NCBI GenBank assembly: GCA_043778225.1
Contig: JAYWGM010000042.1
Coordinates: forward strand, 1 to 27,133
DNA from: Deinococcales bacterium
Lineage (GTDB): Bacteria > Deinococcota > Deinococci > Deinococcales > JAAFIG01
Direction: 5' to 3'
Length of the DNA stretch: 27,133 nucleotides
Below are positions 1 to 8,653 of this stretch, in pieces. The notes beneath the pieces were generated by a model. That model was not told the origin of the DNA and did not search any database. It worked only from the letters and a program-made list of their open reading frames with translations. The translations under genes were made by a program, and so were the position numbers. Positions within the stretch are counted from its first letter, which is position 1, and every line of letters starts with the position of its first letter.

Positions 1-41
1 GAACTCAGTAAAGCCATTCAGAAATTCTTTTAGGGAGAACC

Positions 42-848
42 ATGAAAAAACTTATGCTGTTTCTAGTCTCGAGCCTGCTGTTTTTCTCGGGCGCTGCCGC
101 AAATAGCCAGTATGCTTACCTGACCGATTTCAAAACCAATTTGACGATCCAAGCCGACACCACCGAACTGGTCAAACCGAGTGTAGCCGTGGCTCGAGGG
201 CAATTACCCAGTGGCGACGCACGGCATTATAAAATGATTTTCTCAGACCGTGTAAAAGGCTTTGAAACCCTAAAAATCAGCCCCAAAGCCAAAGTGACAC
301 TCCTGACTTTTCCAAGCCTTGCGCCCAAAGCCACTTCGCTCGAGAACCTGCGTTTGATGCTGAGTGGCGATGAAGCCCTACCGAGCGAATTTGAACGCAG
401 TTATATTTTTAAGTACACCCAGACTGGTAAAATAGTCACCAGTATTGCCCAAGTCAACACTCGAGCCGTGACGGGCGTATTTGAACAAGCCGTACTGATT
501 TCTAAAAAAAGTAACATCAGCGCCCGAAAATTCGTGTTGGATTTTGTAAATATCTACACCACCAGCCGTGAAATGCAGCGTGCTGGGCAAACGATGGATG
601 ATAACCCCGGTGGAATGAGTATTTCCAATACCAATCCGTTGCTACGAACCTTCAGCTTAGCTAAAAGCGGTCGGATTAAGCTCCTCAAAACCGTTGGCGA
701 ATACTTTAACGCAACCCTTGCACAACTCGAGGCTGGCTTGAATGGGCAAACTCTAGGCTATTTTTTCTCGTGGGAAACGCATTTTTATGCCACCATATCG
801 GATGTTACAAACGAAATGCTCGAGCTAAAACAAGGGTACGAGCCTTAA
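42..848 (+). CDS. Secreted hypothetical protein, possibly two internally repeated domains
   Basis: 268-aa ORF; GGGAG RBS before the ATG; Sec-type signal peptide MKKLMLFLVSSLLFFSGAAA; followed by a terminator. Confidence 0.8.
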   Translation: MKKLMLFLVSSLLFFSGAAANSQYAYLTDFKTNLTIQADTTELVKPSVAVARGQLPSGDARHYKMIFSDRVKGFETLKISPKAKVTLLTFPSLAPKATSLENLRLMLSGDEALPSEFERSYIFKYTQTGKIVTSIAQVNTRAVTGVFEQAVLISKKSNISARKFVLDFVNIYTTSREMQRAGQTMDDNPGGMSISNTNPLLRTFSLAKSGRIKLLKTVGEYFNATLAQLEAGLNGQTLGYFFSWETHFYATISDVTNEMLELKQGYEP

Positions 849-865
849 AACCTCCAAATTTTTCT

Positions 866-900
866 AACTCGAGACTGCTTTTTAGGGTCTCGAGTTTTTT
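866..900 (+). terminator. Rho-independent terminator whose stem is built from CTCGAG
   Basis: Stem AACTCGAGAC (866-875) / GTCTCGAGTT (887-896), followed by a T-run. Confidence 0.7.
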
Positions 901-971
901 GTTACGGTCTTGTCACGCTGGATTTTTATAGTGGTTTTATCTCGAGGGGAGTCTCGAGCAAGGAGAAGATT

Positions 972-1763
972 ATGAAAAAAATAATTGGAATTTTAGCCCT
1001 AGCCGGCATTTTAACCGCTTGCCCATCACCGCAACCAGTTGGCACAGCCTTGCCCACCACAGGTGGAACAGTCAGCAGCAGCGATACCAAAGCCTCTTTT
1101 GTCGCACCGATTGCTGGTGCTGGCACATTTGTTCAGGTCACATCCTCGAGCGACCAAGGGCAGATTCCAAGCGGACAAACCTTTGTCAGCGCCTATAATT
1201 TTGCAGTCACAGCAGGTTCAGTTGCAAATGCCACAATCAGCATTCAAGTTGCTGAACCTGTTGCACCAGCCATTTCGGTTCTCAAGGGAAACCCTGTGAA
1301 CCGCCTGTACAAACGCGATGGCAGTTTTTGGCGTTACGTGACAGGGCAAACCAACACCAGCACCACTGTTTCTGCTTCGGTCTCGAGTTACGGCGTGTAC
1401 GGTGTGCTGCGCGGCATTGCCACCATTAAGGACATTGTGGTCACACCCAATCCTGTTGTCATAGATCTAAATGGTAAAACTTCGGCTGTGACTCAACAAA
1501 TGACCGCCGTTGAGCGAGACAGCTTAGACCAGCCGATACCCAGCGTGGATTCATCCATAACTTGGATTTTGGGTAGTCAGGCATTTGCTGGCAGCCAACT
1601 CAGCCCACAAGCCTTGGTTGTGACTCCAGTCAACTCAATTGACAACACCACTGGCTTATTAACTGCCAGAGTTGCTGGTAGCGATACCATCATTGCCACT
1701 GGTAATCAAAATAAACAATCAGCTCCTGTCGCCCTGACCATCACTGGTTCATTAAATAAATAA
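972..1763 (+). CDS. Lipoprotein, beta-rich, probable Ig-like C-terminal domain
   Basis: AAGGAG RBS; lipobox LTAC after MKKIIGILALAGI; Ser/Thr/Val-rich; IVVTP...ITW...SID..TGLLTA...G..TIIAT resembles a bacterial Ig-like (Big_2) pattern. Confidence 0.75.
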   Translation: MKKIIGILALAGILTACPSPQPVGTALPTTGGTVSSSDTKASFVAPIAGAGTFVQVTSSSDQGQIPSGQTFVSAYNFAVTAGSVANATISIQVAEPVAPAISVLKGNPVNRLYKRDGSFWRYVTGQTNTSTTVSASVSSYGVYGVLRGIATIKDIVVTPNPVVIDLNGKTSAVTQQMTAVERDSLDQPIPSVDSSITWILGSQAFAGSQLSPQALVVTPVNSIDNTTGLLTARVAGSDTIIATGNQNKQSAPVALTITGSLNK

Positions 1764-1774
1764 AGGAGTTCACC

Positions 1775-2410
1775 ATGAAAAAAATTCTATTAACCGCCGC
1801 GCTATTCGCCTCGAGCCTTGTGCTTGCCCAAGATGCGGGTAGCCTTGCCGAAATCATTAAAACCTCAGCTTCTGAAGATTTCTTGTTTACGGGTATCGAA
1901 ATTCCTGTGCTCAAACAAATTATGGGTGACACCACCAAATCGGATACCAAGACCTATAACCTTAAAGACGCTGGCGGGTTTGAGATGAGTTATAAAGTTA
2001 CTAAGACCCCGTATTTTGTCCAGATTTTTGAGAGCAAAATGACGTACTGGATTACCTTTAATACTTATGTGACTCGAGATGATGCCTATATTGGTATGGT
2101 CACCAGCGCCCAAAAAGCCAGCAATGGACGCGGTAATGATTTGGCTTTTTACAGCATCACCAAGAAAAAACAAGTTTCGCCTAGCGATACCAAACTCTTT
2201 AATTACCCTGCGGTTGTGGCGTTTGCCAATGGCAAATGCAAAGTCCCCAAGGAAAATATTCACTTTGAACTCAAAGACGGTAGCGAAACGATTAAAATCT
2301 CGGGTTTTGATATTTTCCTGAGCGGCAAGAAATACACCTTGGCTGGAGAACTAAAACTTGACTTTAAGACTGGTGGATTTATTTTTGATAGTAAAAACGC
2401 CAAGTGTTAA
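1775..2410 (+). CDS. Secreted hypothetical protein
   Basis: AAAGGAG RBS; signal peptide MKKILLTAALFASSLVLA; 211 aa. Confidence 0.8.
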   Translation: MKKILLTAALFASSLVLAQDAGSLAEIIKTSASEDFLFTGIEIPVLKQIMGDTTKSDTKTYNLKDAGGFEMSYKVTKTPYFVQIFESKMTYWITFNTYVTRDDAYIGMVTSAQKASNGRGNDLAFYSITKKKQVSPSDTKLFNYPAVVAFANGKCKVPKENIHFELKDGSETIKISGFDIFLSGKKYTLAGELKLDFKTGGFIFDSKNAKC

Positions 2411-2480
2411 GAGCGCCAATCAGCCACGAGTCTTGAGCTACAAAGAGCTTTTAATTGGTCATCTCGAGAAAAGGAGCATC

Positions 2481-3911
2481 ATGAAAAAAGGTTTACTTGC
2501 ACTGTCTTTGCTGGCATTAACTGGCGTGGCATTGGCACAATTTAATCAGAATCGGAATTTACCGACCAAATTCCCAATAGATTGCCGTGCGCTTGACCGC
2601 CGTCCGACCAGCCCTGCCGAAGCCGTCCAGAATTGGAATTGGCGTTGCCAACGGGTTGCCGACCAATGGGGTAAGGGCGCACGTTTTGGTACAGGCATTG
2701 GACCCGCCCAATTGATGACCGGTTTTCCGACCAAGCCCGGCACAAGCCGCTACTGGGGCGGGTTTTTGGACAACGCCAAGCGCAAAATTTACATCGGCAG
2801 CACTTGGTCGGATAACCGCGATGTTGGCGGCGACCCAAAACTCAAGAATTTCGGTGTGATTTACGAAGTGGACATTGACTGGTCTAAACCCGAATCGGTC
2901 GGCAACCGCAAAGTGATAAGCGGCAAGTACCTAAGTCGTCAAGGTGATGTGGATGTCGGTGCTGGCGATACCCTGCGGACTGTCCGCACGATCAAAAAAG
3001 GCAAAGACGGAATGTTTTATGCCTTTACAATGGATCCAGGTAGCTTGCCGACAATTATGAAAATAGACCCAAGCAACGGCAACCGCAGCACCGTTTGGAC
3101 AGAAAAACCAATTCTGTACTCGGATAAACTCCAGTTCCCCAAAGACCAGTGCGAACAAGGCAGTGTGCCGCAAGCTCAAGGCGTGATGGGCAGCGTTCCA
3201 GCAAGCTCGAGACGAAGTAAGCAAGTCAATTTTAGTGGGCAGCCCTTCGAGATGAACCCAAACACTGGCGAGTTTTACCTGATTCCAATTAAAGGCACAG
3301 GTCCGCAAGGCATCATGAAAATCAGTGCTGACGGTAGCACCTGCTCTTGGGTCACACGAATGCGTGCCGACGGCAACAACAAGTACACCGACAATGCTGC
3401 TAACAAAGCCGACTCGAGCTATGGGCAACCCAACGGCGCAGGTCCACGAGGCACAGGTTTTACCAGCATGACTTTTGATGGTACAAACCCGTACTACCAC
3501 GAAATCAAAGGCAAGGCTTGGTTGTATGTTTCAAGCGGCAATAGCTACTGGCGTGCCGATGTCGAGACTGGCAACCGTGAATTGGTGGTGCAGCAAGAAC
3601 CCGGCGATACCAACAGCGTCTGGGATCCAGTTCGTAATTTCTTATGGACAAGTGGCACAGGCAATGGCTCGGGGATTGCACCCGTCACGATTAACGATGA
3701 AGAAAATCCAAAACTGCTGGGCAATATCTTTTGCCTTAATCCAACGGCTGCTTGGTTTCAGTGCATCCGTGGCGTTGGCGAAGCCGGACCACTTTTGCGT
3801 GGCGGATTATTCCTAGACCCGTCCGATGGTAATTTAATTATGGCTCACGATGCGGTTGGTTTGGTTCGCATCGAAGTGGCGACGGGCAACACCTACACTT
3901 TTTCCTTGTAA
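2481..3911 (+). CDS. Secreted hypothetical protein, probable beta-propeller
   Basis: Start moved to ATG 2481 (AAGGAG RBS; signal peptide MKKGLLALSLLALTGVALA); repeated blade-like motifs IMKIDPSNGNRS, IMKISADGS, YWRADVETGNRE, LVRIEVATGN; several Cys. Confidence 0.75.
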   Translation: MKKGLLALSLLALTGVALAQFNQNRNLPTKFPIDCRALDRRPTSPAEAVQNWNWRCQRVADQWGKGARFGTGIGPAQLMTGFPTKPGTSRYWGGFLDNAKRKIYIGSTWSDNRDVGGDPKLKNFGVIYEVDIDWSKPESVGNRKVISGKYLSRQGDVDVGAGDTLRTVRTIKKGKDGMFYAFTMDPGSLPTIMKIDPSNGNRSTVWTEKPILYSDKLQFPKDQCEQGSVPQAQGVMGSVPASSRRSKQVNFSGQPFEMNPNTGEFYLIPIKGTGPQGIMKISADGSTCSWVTRMRADGNNKYTDNAANKADSSYGQPNGAGPRGTGFTSMTFDGTNPYYHEIKGKAWLYVSSGNSYWRADVETGNRELVVQQEPGDTNSVWDPVRNFLWTSGTGNGSGIAPVTINDEENPKLLGNIFCLNPTAAWFQCIRGVGEAGPLLRGGLFLDPSDGNLIMAHDAVGLVRIEVATGNTYTFSL

Positions 3912-3923
3912 ACATAAGCCCCC

Positions 3924-3953
3924 AAAACCACCCATTAAATCTGGGTGGTTTTT
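3924..3953 (+). terminator. Rho-independent terminator
   Basis: AAAACCACCCA-loop-TGGGTGGTTTTT. Confidence 0.75.
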
Positions 3954-3985
3954 GTTGCCGTCAAATTCCAGATAAAATGTCAGCC

Positions 3986-4579
3986 ATGACCAACCAAGCA
4001 GCCAACTGGCTTTTTCCAATTTTGCTCGAGGGAAAACATATTCGGCTCGAGCCATTAAATCCAAGTCTTCATGCTGCACCAATGTTTGAATTCTTTGAGC
4101 CTCGAGTCACCGATTTTCTATCTCGAGGTGGGCAGCCGATAGCAAATGCTACAGATTTGCAAAAGCATCTCGAGGCGATAAATCAGATTCCTAAACGCCT
4201 CAACTGGGCGGTGCGGCTGCTCAAGACCAATGCGATTGCTGGGCGAATTTCGTACTCGGAAGTCAATGAAGCCAACAAGTGGCTCGAGGTTGGCACAATG
4301 CTGATGCCCGCTTTTTGGGGCAGCATGGCAAACCCAGAAGGCAAATTGCTGCTGCTGATCAGGGCTTTTGAAGTATTGGGCGCAAATCGAGTTCAGTTTA
4401 AGGTGGATGTACGTAATGAACGTTCTCAGGGCAGCATGGCAAAACTCGGTGCAGTGCGCGAAGGAGTTTTGCGCCAATCCCAAATTCGGGCTGATGGCTT
4501 TGTCCGAGACAGCGTGATGTACAGCATTTTGAAATCCGAATGGGGAGTGGTCAAGCAAAAGCTCGAGGCTCGAGTATGA
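3986..4579 (+). CDS. GNAT family N-acetyltransferase (RimJ/RimL type)
   Basis: LEGKHIRLEPL, LEVG, AFEVLGANRVQFKVDVRNERSQ...KLGAVREGVLR...RDSVMYSIL..EW; ATG 3986 is preferred because TAAAAT lies 7 nt upstream (alternative ATG 3977). Confidence 0.9.
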   Translation: MTNQAANWLFPILLEGKHIRLEPLNPSLHAAPMFEFFEPRVTDFLSRGGQPIANATDLQKHLEAINQIPKRLNWAVRLLKTNAIAGRISYSEVNEANKWLEVGTMLMPAFWGSMANPEGKLLLLIRAFEVLGANRVQFKVDVRNERSQGSMAKLGAVREGVLRQSQIRADGFVRDSVMYSILKSEWGVVKQKLEARV

Positions 4580-4821
4580 ATTGTGGTATCAAAGTAGCCA
4601 TTTCAATTCCCAACAAAACTTTTATTGCACTCGAGAAAATTGCTTTAGAACGCGATATATCATGCAGCGCTTTGTATACCCAAGCACTCGAAAAAATGCT
4701 TTTTGAACTCGAACAGAATACTTTGACAGAACACATCAATACAGCCATCGAAGCAGGTGCGTTTGAACGCGATGCTGTCTGGTCAGCCCAAGCCAATCAA
4801 ATGTTGGGTCGAGTTGAATAG
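4576..4821 (+). CDS. Ribbon-helix-helix antitoxin-like protein (ChpI/MazE-like); stop codon supplied by the IS end
   Basis: ATGA overlap with the GNAT stop; KVAISIP...LEKIALERDISCSALYTQALE resembles the K(T/V)AISIP..F...A...SRSxLY..AL antitoxin pattern; the TAG overlaps the left inverted repeat. Confidence 0.6.
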   Translation: MNCGIKVAISIPNKTFIALEKIALERDISCSALYTQALEKMLFELEQNTLTEHINTAIEAGAFERDAVWSAQANQMLGRVE

Positions 4822-5016
4822 ACCTCTTGCATAAGTCAGATTCGTGATGCACAGTACAGTATGGTCGTCAAGAGCAACCGATGGGAACACATTAAAAAGC
4901 TACTTAGCCAAAATTTTCGCTATCGTCGGAAGCGGTTTGGTTTAAGGGTGAACTTGATTGCTGGTTTGTATAATTTGGATGCAGGACAATGATTTTTGAC
5001 TTATGCAAGAGGTCTA
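4819..5016 (+). mobile_element. Non-autonomous, internally deleted IS5-family-like element (MITE)
   Basis: Perfect 24-bp inverted repeats at 4815-4838 and 4997-5020 (core TAGACCTCTTGCATAAGTC); internal ORF 4861-4992 MVVKSNRWEHIKKLLSQNFRYRRKRFGLRVNLIAGLYNLDAGQ, whose end matches the RRKRFGLR(F/V)NLIAG(I/L)YN C-terminus of IS5/ISL2-group transposases. Confidence 0.8.
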
Positions 5017-5201
5017 TTCACAGTAATGTTACGGCTGCTGCGCTCGGCTCGAGCCGCTTTGAGCTTGGCTTGTAAGTCCGAATCGAGTGGTTCTGCCAGT
5101 AGACTTGGGGTAAGGCTGTGCGAATCCCAGTAGGCTCGAGCTTGTTGCTCGGTCATATTTTTTGGAATATCAGCTTGGGTTTTAACGGTTTGTTTTTTCA
5201 T
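5001..5201 (-). pseudogene. Truncated BrnA/CopG-like antitoxin
   Basis: AGGAG RBS, ATG 5201; IPKNMTEQQARAYWDSHSL...RNITV resembles the IP...E.E...FWDTH...ITL antitoxin N-terminus; the frame runs into the IS right repeat before the RHH helices. Confidence 0.55.
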
Positions 5202-5285
5202 AGTAACTGCGCTCCTTTTGTTCTGCCACCCGAGCCGTGATGACTCGAACTTTATCACCAGACGATTGCCCAAGCACTTTTGCGG
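5182..5285 (-). pseudogene. BrnT-like toxin C-terminal remnant
   Basis: Manual translation AKVLGQSSGDKVRVITARVAEQKERSYYEKTNR*; matches the BrnT G..IRVISAR.A...ER..YE tail and overlaps the antitoxin start. Confidence 0.55.
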
Positions 5286-5354
5286 TACAATAAACCCATA
5301 AGGCATTGAAAACGAAACACAGCGAGGTTCGCAATGCCGCCACCGAGGTGATTT

Positions 5355-6698
5355 ATGACGCAAACTGTTAGTCGTCAAGAGCAGCATCAGGCTCAACATA
5401 AAAAGTATGTCCTCAGCAGTTGGGTCGCCCAAGGCGCACTCAATGCCCCAGTCGTCACTCGCGGCGAGGGTCGTTTTTTCTTTGATGAGGACGATAATCG
5501 TTACTTGGATTTAAGTTCGGGTCTGGTCAGCACCAACCTTGGACATGGGCATCCAAGGGTGGTCAAAGCGATTCAAGACCAAGCTGCTAAACTCTGCTAC
5601 AGCCCAACTGGGTACTTTCAGGACAAACGGGCAGAACTCGGCGAGGCAATTATTAAACTGACCCCGTGGTCTGAAGGCGGTCGGGCATTTTTTACGACTG
5701 GCGGCGCAGAAGCCAACGATGACGCGGTACGCATGGCTCGAGCCATCACTGGGCGTTTTAAGGTCTTAGCAACCTACCGCAGTTACCACGGCAGTACGGG
5801 TGTCGCCATGCAACTGACCGGCGAAGACCGGCGCTTTGGCAACGAGCCAGCCTTGTCGCCGGGGATTGTGCATTTTTTTGCGCCGTACCCATACCGCAGC
5901 CCGTTTTATACCCAAGACCCATTTGAAGAAACGGCTCGAGCGCTTGAACACCTCGAGCGCACCCTGATGCACGAGAACCCGCGCAATGTGGCAGCCATTT
6001 TGCTCGAGCCAATTGTTGGTTCTAATGGCGTGATTATTTACCCAAAAGGCTATCTCGAAGGGGTACGCCGAATTTGTACCCAACATGGTATCTTGCTGAT
6101 TTTTGATGAAGTTATGACTGGGTTCTGGCGCACTGGCAAGGCTTTTGCAGCCCATACGCTCGGGGTCACGCCAGACATGATCGTCTTTGCCAAAGGTGTG
6201 ACCAGTGCCTATATTCCGCTTGGTGGGGTCTTAATCCGCGAAGGATTAGCCCAATACTTTGACATCAAAGCCCTGCCCGTTGGTCATACGTATGCGGGGC
6301 ATCCACTTTGCTGCGCGGCGGGTTTGGGCGCAATTGCGGCTTACCAAGAAGATGGCATTGAAGAACACGTGGCACAACTCGAGGGTTGGCTACGCACTGG
6401 CTTAAAAGAACTCGAGAGTCGCTACCAAACACTGGGTGAGGCTCGAGGCATTGGGGCATTCTGGGCGCTAGAATTTGTCAAGGACAAAGACACCCGCGAA
6501 CCGCTTGTGCCTTGGCATGGCGATGGACCTGGAATCATGAAGAATTTCTTTTTAGAACTTCGTAAACGTGGTGTCTTTAGTTTCGGCAAGTTTAACATTG
6601 CCATGGTCACACCCCCCTTAAACACCACAAGGGGTGAATTAGATTTGGGTCTCGAGGCATTGGATGCGGCTTGTAAAGCTATAGATGCCGCCGTCTAA
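5355..6698 (+). CDS. Class III PLP-dependent aminotransferase (omega-amino acid/taurine-type)
   Basis: RYLDLSSGLVSTNLGHGHP, FTTGGAEAND, YRSYHG, LEPIVG, LIFDEVMTGFWRTG, PDMIVFAKGVT (PLP Lys), GHTY; GAGGTG RBS. Confidence 0.92.
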   Translation: MTQTVSRQEQHQAQHKKYVLSSWVAQGALNAPVVTRGEGRFFFDEDDNRYLDLSSGLVSTNLGHGHPRVVKAIQDQAAKLCYSPTGYFQDKRAELGEAIIKLTPWSEGGRAFFTTGGAEANDDAVRMARAITGRFKVLATYRSYHGSTGVAMQLTGEDRRFGNEPALSPGIVHFFAPYPYRSPFYTQDPFEETARALEHLERTLMHENPRNVAAILLEPIVGSNGVIIYPKGYLEGVRRICTQHGILLIFDEVMTGFWRTGKAFAAHTLGVTPDMIVFAKGVTSAYIPLGGVLIREGLAQYFDIKALPVGHTYAGHPLCCAAGLGAIAAYQEDGIEEHVAQLEGWLRTGLKELESRYQTLGEARGIGAFWALEFVKDKDTREPLVPWHGDGPGIMKNFFLELRKRGVFSFGKFNIAMVTPPLNTTRGELDLGLEALDAACKAIDAAV

Positions 6699-6711
6699 AC
6701 ATAAGTAATCC

Positions 6712-6749
6712 AAAAAAGGCGAACCTCGAGGTTCGCCTTTTTGTTTTTT
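6712..6749 (+). terminator. Rho-independent terminator, palindrome centred on CTCGAG
   Basis: AAAAAGGCGAACCTCGAGGTTCGCCTTTTT followed by a T-run. Confidence 0.85.
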
Positions 6750-6754
6750 GGTAT

Positions 6755-6819
6755 TGTTAAAAATACTTGACATTATGTCTGATTTGTTTTACATTAGCCA
6801 ATGTAAAAGATTTTTGATA
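6755..6819 (+). promoter_or_regulatory. Sigma70 promoter overlapped by three palindromic operator boxes
   Basis: -35 TTGACA 6767-6772, 17-nt spacer, -10 TACATT 6790-6795; boxes TGTTAA-N6-TTGACA (6755-6772), TGTCTG-N6-TTTACA (6776-6793), TGTAAA-N6-TTGATA (6802-6819). Confidence 0.65.
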
Positions 6820-6842
6820 TTGGCTACAATCAAAGGAGCAAA

Positions 6843-7271
6843 ATGACTTACGAAGAAAAATGGACGTGGATGTATGGGCTGATTTCAATTGTTGCCTTTG
6901 GCTGGTACTTGGTCTGGCTGCTTGGGCAGGCTTTCGGTATTGCACCAACCCAAATTACCTATGTCGTCCCGATGATTGCAGCCATCGGTAGTGCCGTTCT
7001 GGCTTCGATTGTTGGTAATATTTTGATTGCTCTGGCTGCCCCCAAAGAAGCCGATAAACGCGACCAGCGCGACCAAGAAATCCAGCGCCACGGCGATTAC
7101 AGTGGGCAGTTTATGGTCAACCTTGGCGGCTTGGCGGTTCTGATCATGTGTATGTTGCAACTCAATCATTTTTGGATTGCCCACACGATGTATTTTGCTT
7201 TTGTTGGCTCGGCAATTGTCAGTTCGGTGGTTAAAATTATCTCGTATCGCCAAGGTTTTGCGCCGTGCTAA
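6843..7271 (+). CDS. Four-TM membrane protein (DUF2178-like)
   Basis: AAGGAG RBS; four hydrophobic segments; central DQRDQEI (DERD-like) motif; overlaps an XRE gene. Confidence 0.75.
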   Translation: MTYEEKWTWMYGLISIVAFGWYLVWLLGQAFGIAPTQITYVVPMIAAIGSAVLASIVGNILIALAAPKEADKRDQRDQEIQRHGDYSGQFMVNLGGLAVLIMCMLQLNHFWIAHTMYFAFVGSAIVSSVVKIISYRQGFAPC

Positions 7272-7483
7272 AAGCCACGCAAATCACCAATTCAATTCGG
7301 GCATTGCGCTTTGCCAACAACGAAATGACCCAAGCCGACTTGGCAGATAAAATCGGCATGACCAGACAAACCGTGATTGCGATTGAACAAGGTAAGTATT
7401 CACCTTCGCTTGAGGTGGCTTTTCAGATTGCCAGAATTTTCAAAGTCAGACTCGAGGAGGTTTTTCACTACCCAGAGCCATAA
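7265..7483 (+). CDS. XRE/Cro-family HTH transcriptional regulator
   Basis: NSIRALR...MTQADLADKIGMTRQTVIAIEQGKYSPSLEVAFQIARIF..LEEVF. Confidence 0.92.
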   Translation: MLKATQITNSIRALRFANNEMTQADLADKIGMTRQTVIAIEQGKYSPSLEVAFQIARIFKVRLEEVFHYPEP

Positions 7484-7558
7484 ATCTAAACCGTAAAAGC
7501 AGCAGCGTAAGAATTATTTCTTCGCGCCAGCCCAAGTATTGTCAAAAGGAGAACCATC

Positions 7559-8557
7559 ATGAAAGCCATTATTTATACCGAGTACGGCTCACCCGAGGTG
7601 CTGCATTTAGCCGAACTCGAGAAGCCAGTACCCAAAGACCATGAAATCCTGATTCGAGTCCGTGCCAGCAGCGTTAATTATGGAGATTTAACCGCCAGAA
7701 ATTTTGGCAATATCTCGGCAAATCAATTTCATATGCTTGGTTTATTCTGGTTACTTGCCCGATTTGCCTTTGGTCTGAATAAACCCAACAACCATGTTCT
7801 AGGCTCAGAATTGGCAGGCGAAGTCGAAGCGGTTGGTCTGGCTGTAACCCGTTTCAAACAAGGCGATCAGGTCTTTGGTTACACAGGTCAGGGCATGGGG
7901 GCATATGCCGAGTACCGATGTATGCCAGAAACGGGCATGGTCACGCATAAACCCAGCAACCTCAGTTATGCACAGGCTGCCACCATTCCTTACGGTGCAA
8001 TCACCGCCCTGAATTTACTCAAAAAAGCCAAGTTGCAAGCCAGACAACGTATTTTAATCAACGGCGCAAGTGGCGCAATTGGTGCAGCAGCCGTACAACT
8101 GGCAAAACATCACTTTGGCGCACACGTCACAGGCGTAGGCAGCAGCCAGAGGCTCGAGTTAATTCGGTCTTTGGGGGCAGATTCGGTGATTGATTATAGC
8201 CAGCAGGATTTTACAAAAAACGGTCAAAGCTATGACCTGATTTTGGATGTGCTTGGTAAGGGTTCGTTTAGTCGCGCTCGAGCTTCGTTACAACCAAACG
8301 GACGCTATCTTTTTGCCAGTTTCAAAGCCAAGCAACTGCTGCAAATGCTCTGGACTTCGGTGTTTGGTAAGCAAAAAGTGATTTGTGCTTTATCCGAAGA
8401 AAAACCCCAAGATTTGGTCTTGATTAAAGAACTATGCGAAGCAGGAAAAATAAAAGCCTTTGTTGACCAAGATTACCCGCTAGAACAAACGGCTGCCGCC
8501 CACCGCTATGTGGAATCGGGGCGCAGAACTGGAAGTGTGGCGATTACCATAAGTTAA
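7559..8557 (+). CDS. NAD(P)-dependent MDR/quinone oxidoreductase-like dehydrogenase
   Basis: MKAIIYTEYGSPEVL, LGSELAGEVEAVG, GAYAEY, LINGASGAIG Rossmann motif, LGADSVIDY. Confidence 0.9.
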   Translation: MKAIIYTEYGSPEVLHLAELEKPVPKDHEILIRVRASSVNYGDLTARNFGNISANQFHMLGLFWLLARFAFGLNKPNNHVLGSELAGEVEAVGLAVTRFKQGDQVFGYTGQGMGAYAEYRCMPETGMVTHKPSNLSYAQAATIPYGAITALNLLKKAKLQARQRILINGASGAIGAAAVQLAKHHFGAHVTGVGSSQRLELIRSLGADSVIDYSQQDFTKNGQSYDLILDVLGKGSFSRARASLQPNGRYLFASFKAKQLLQMLWTSVFGKQKVICALSEEKPQDLVLIKELCEAGKIKAFVDQDYPLEQTAAAHRYVESGRRTGSVAITIS

Positions 8558-8653
8558 TTGTTGCTCGAGAAACCCAAAAACGGTGCTTTACAAATTTTAG
8601 TCAGGATTTTATTGGGGTAGCAACCGATAAAACTATTGCTACAGGAGGTCAAC

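Noticed and set aside
3986..4821. GNAT-RHH toxin-antitoxin pair (AtaRT/TacAT type)
   Set aside because: The GNAT is RimJ/L-type, the gene order is reversed, and the RHH resembles MazF-associated antitoxins.
5001..5432. 143-aa minus-strand ORF as a single gene
   Set aside because: Its upstream part overlaps the aminotransferase; only 5201-5001 has an RBS and family resemblance.
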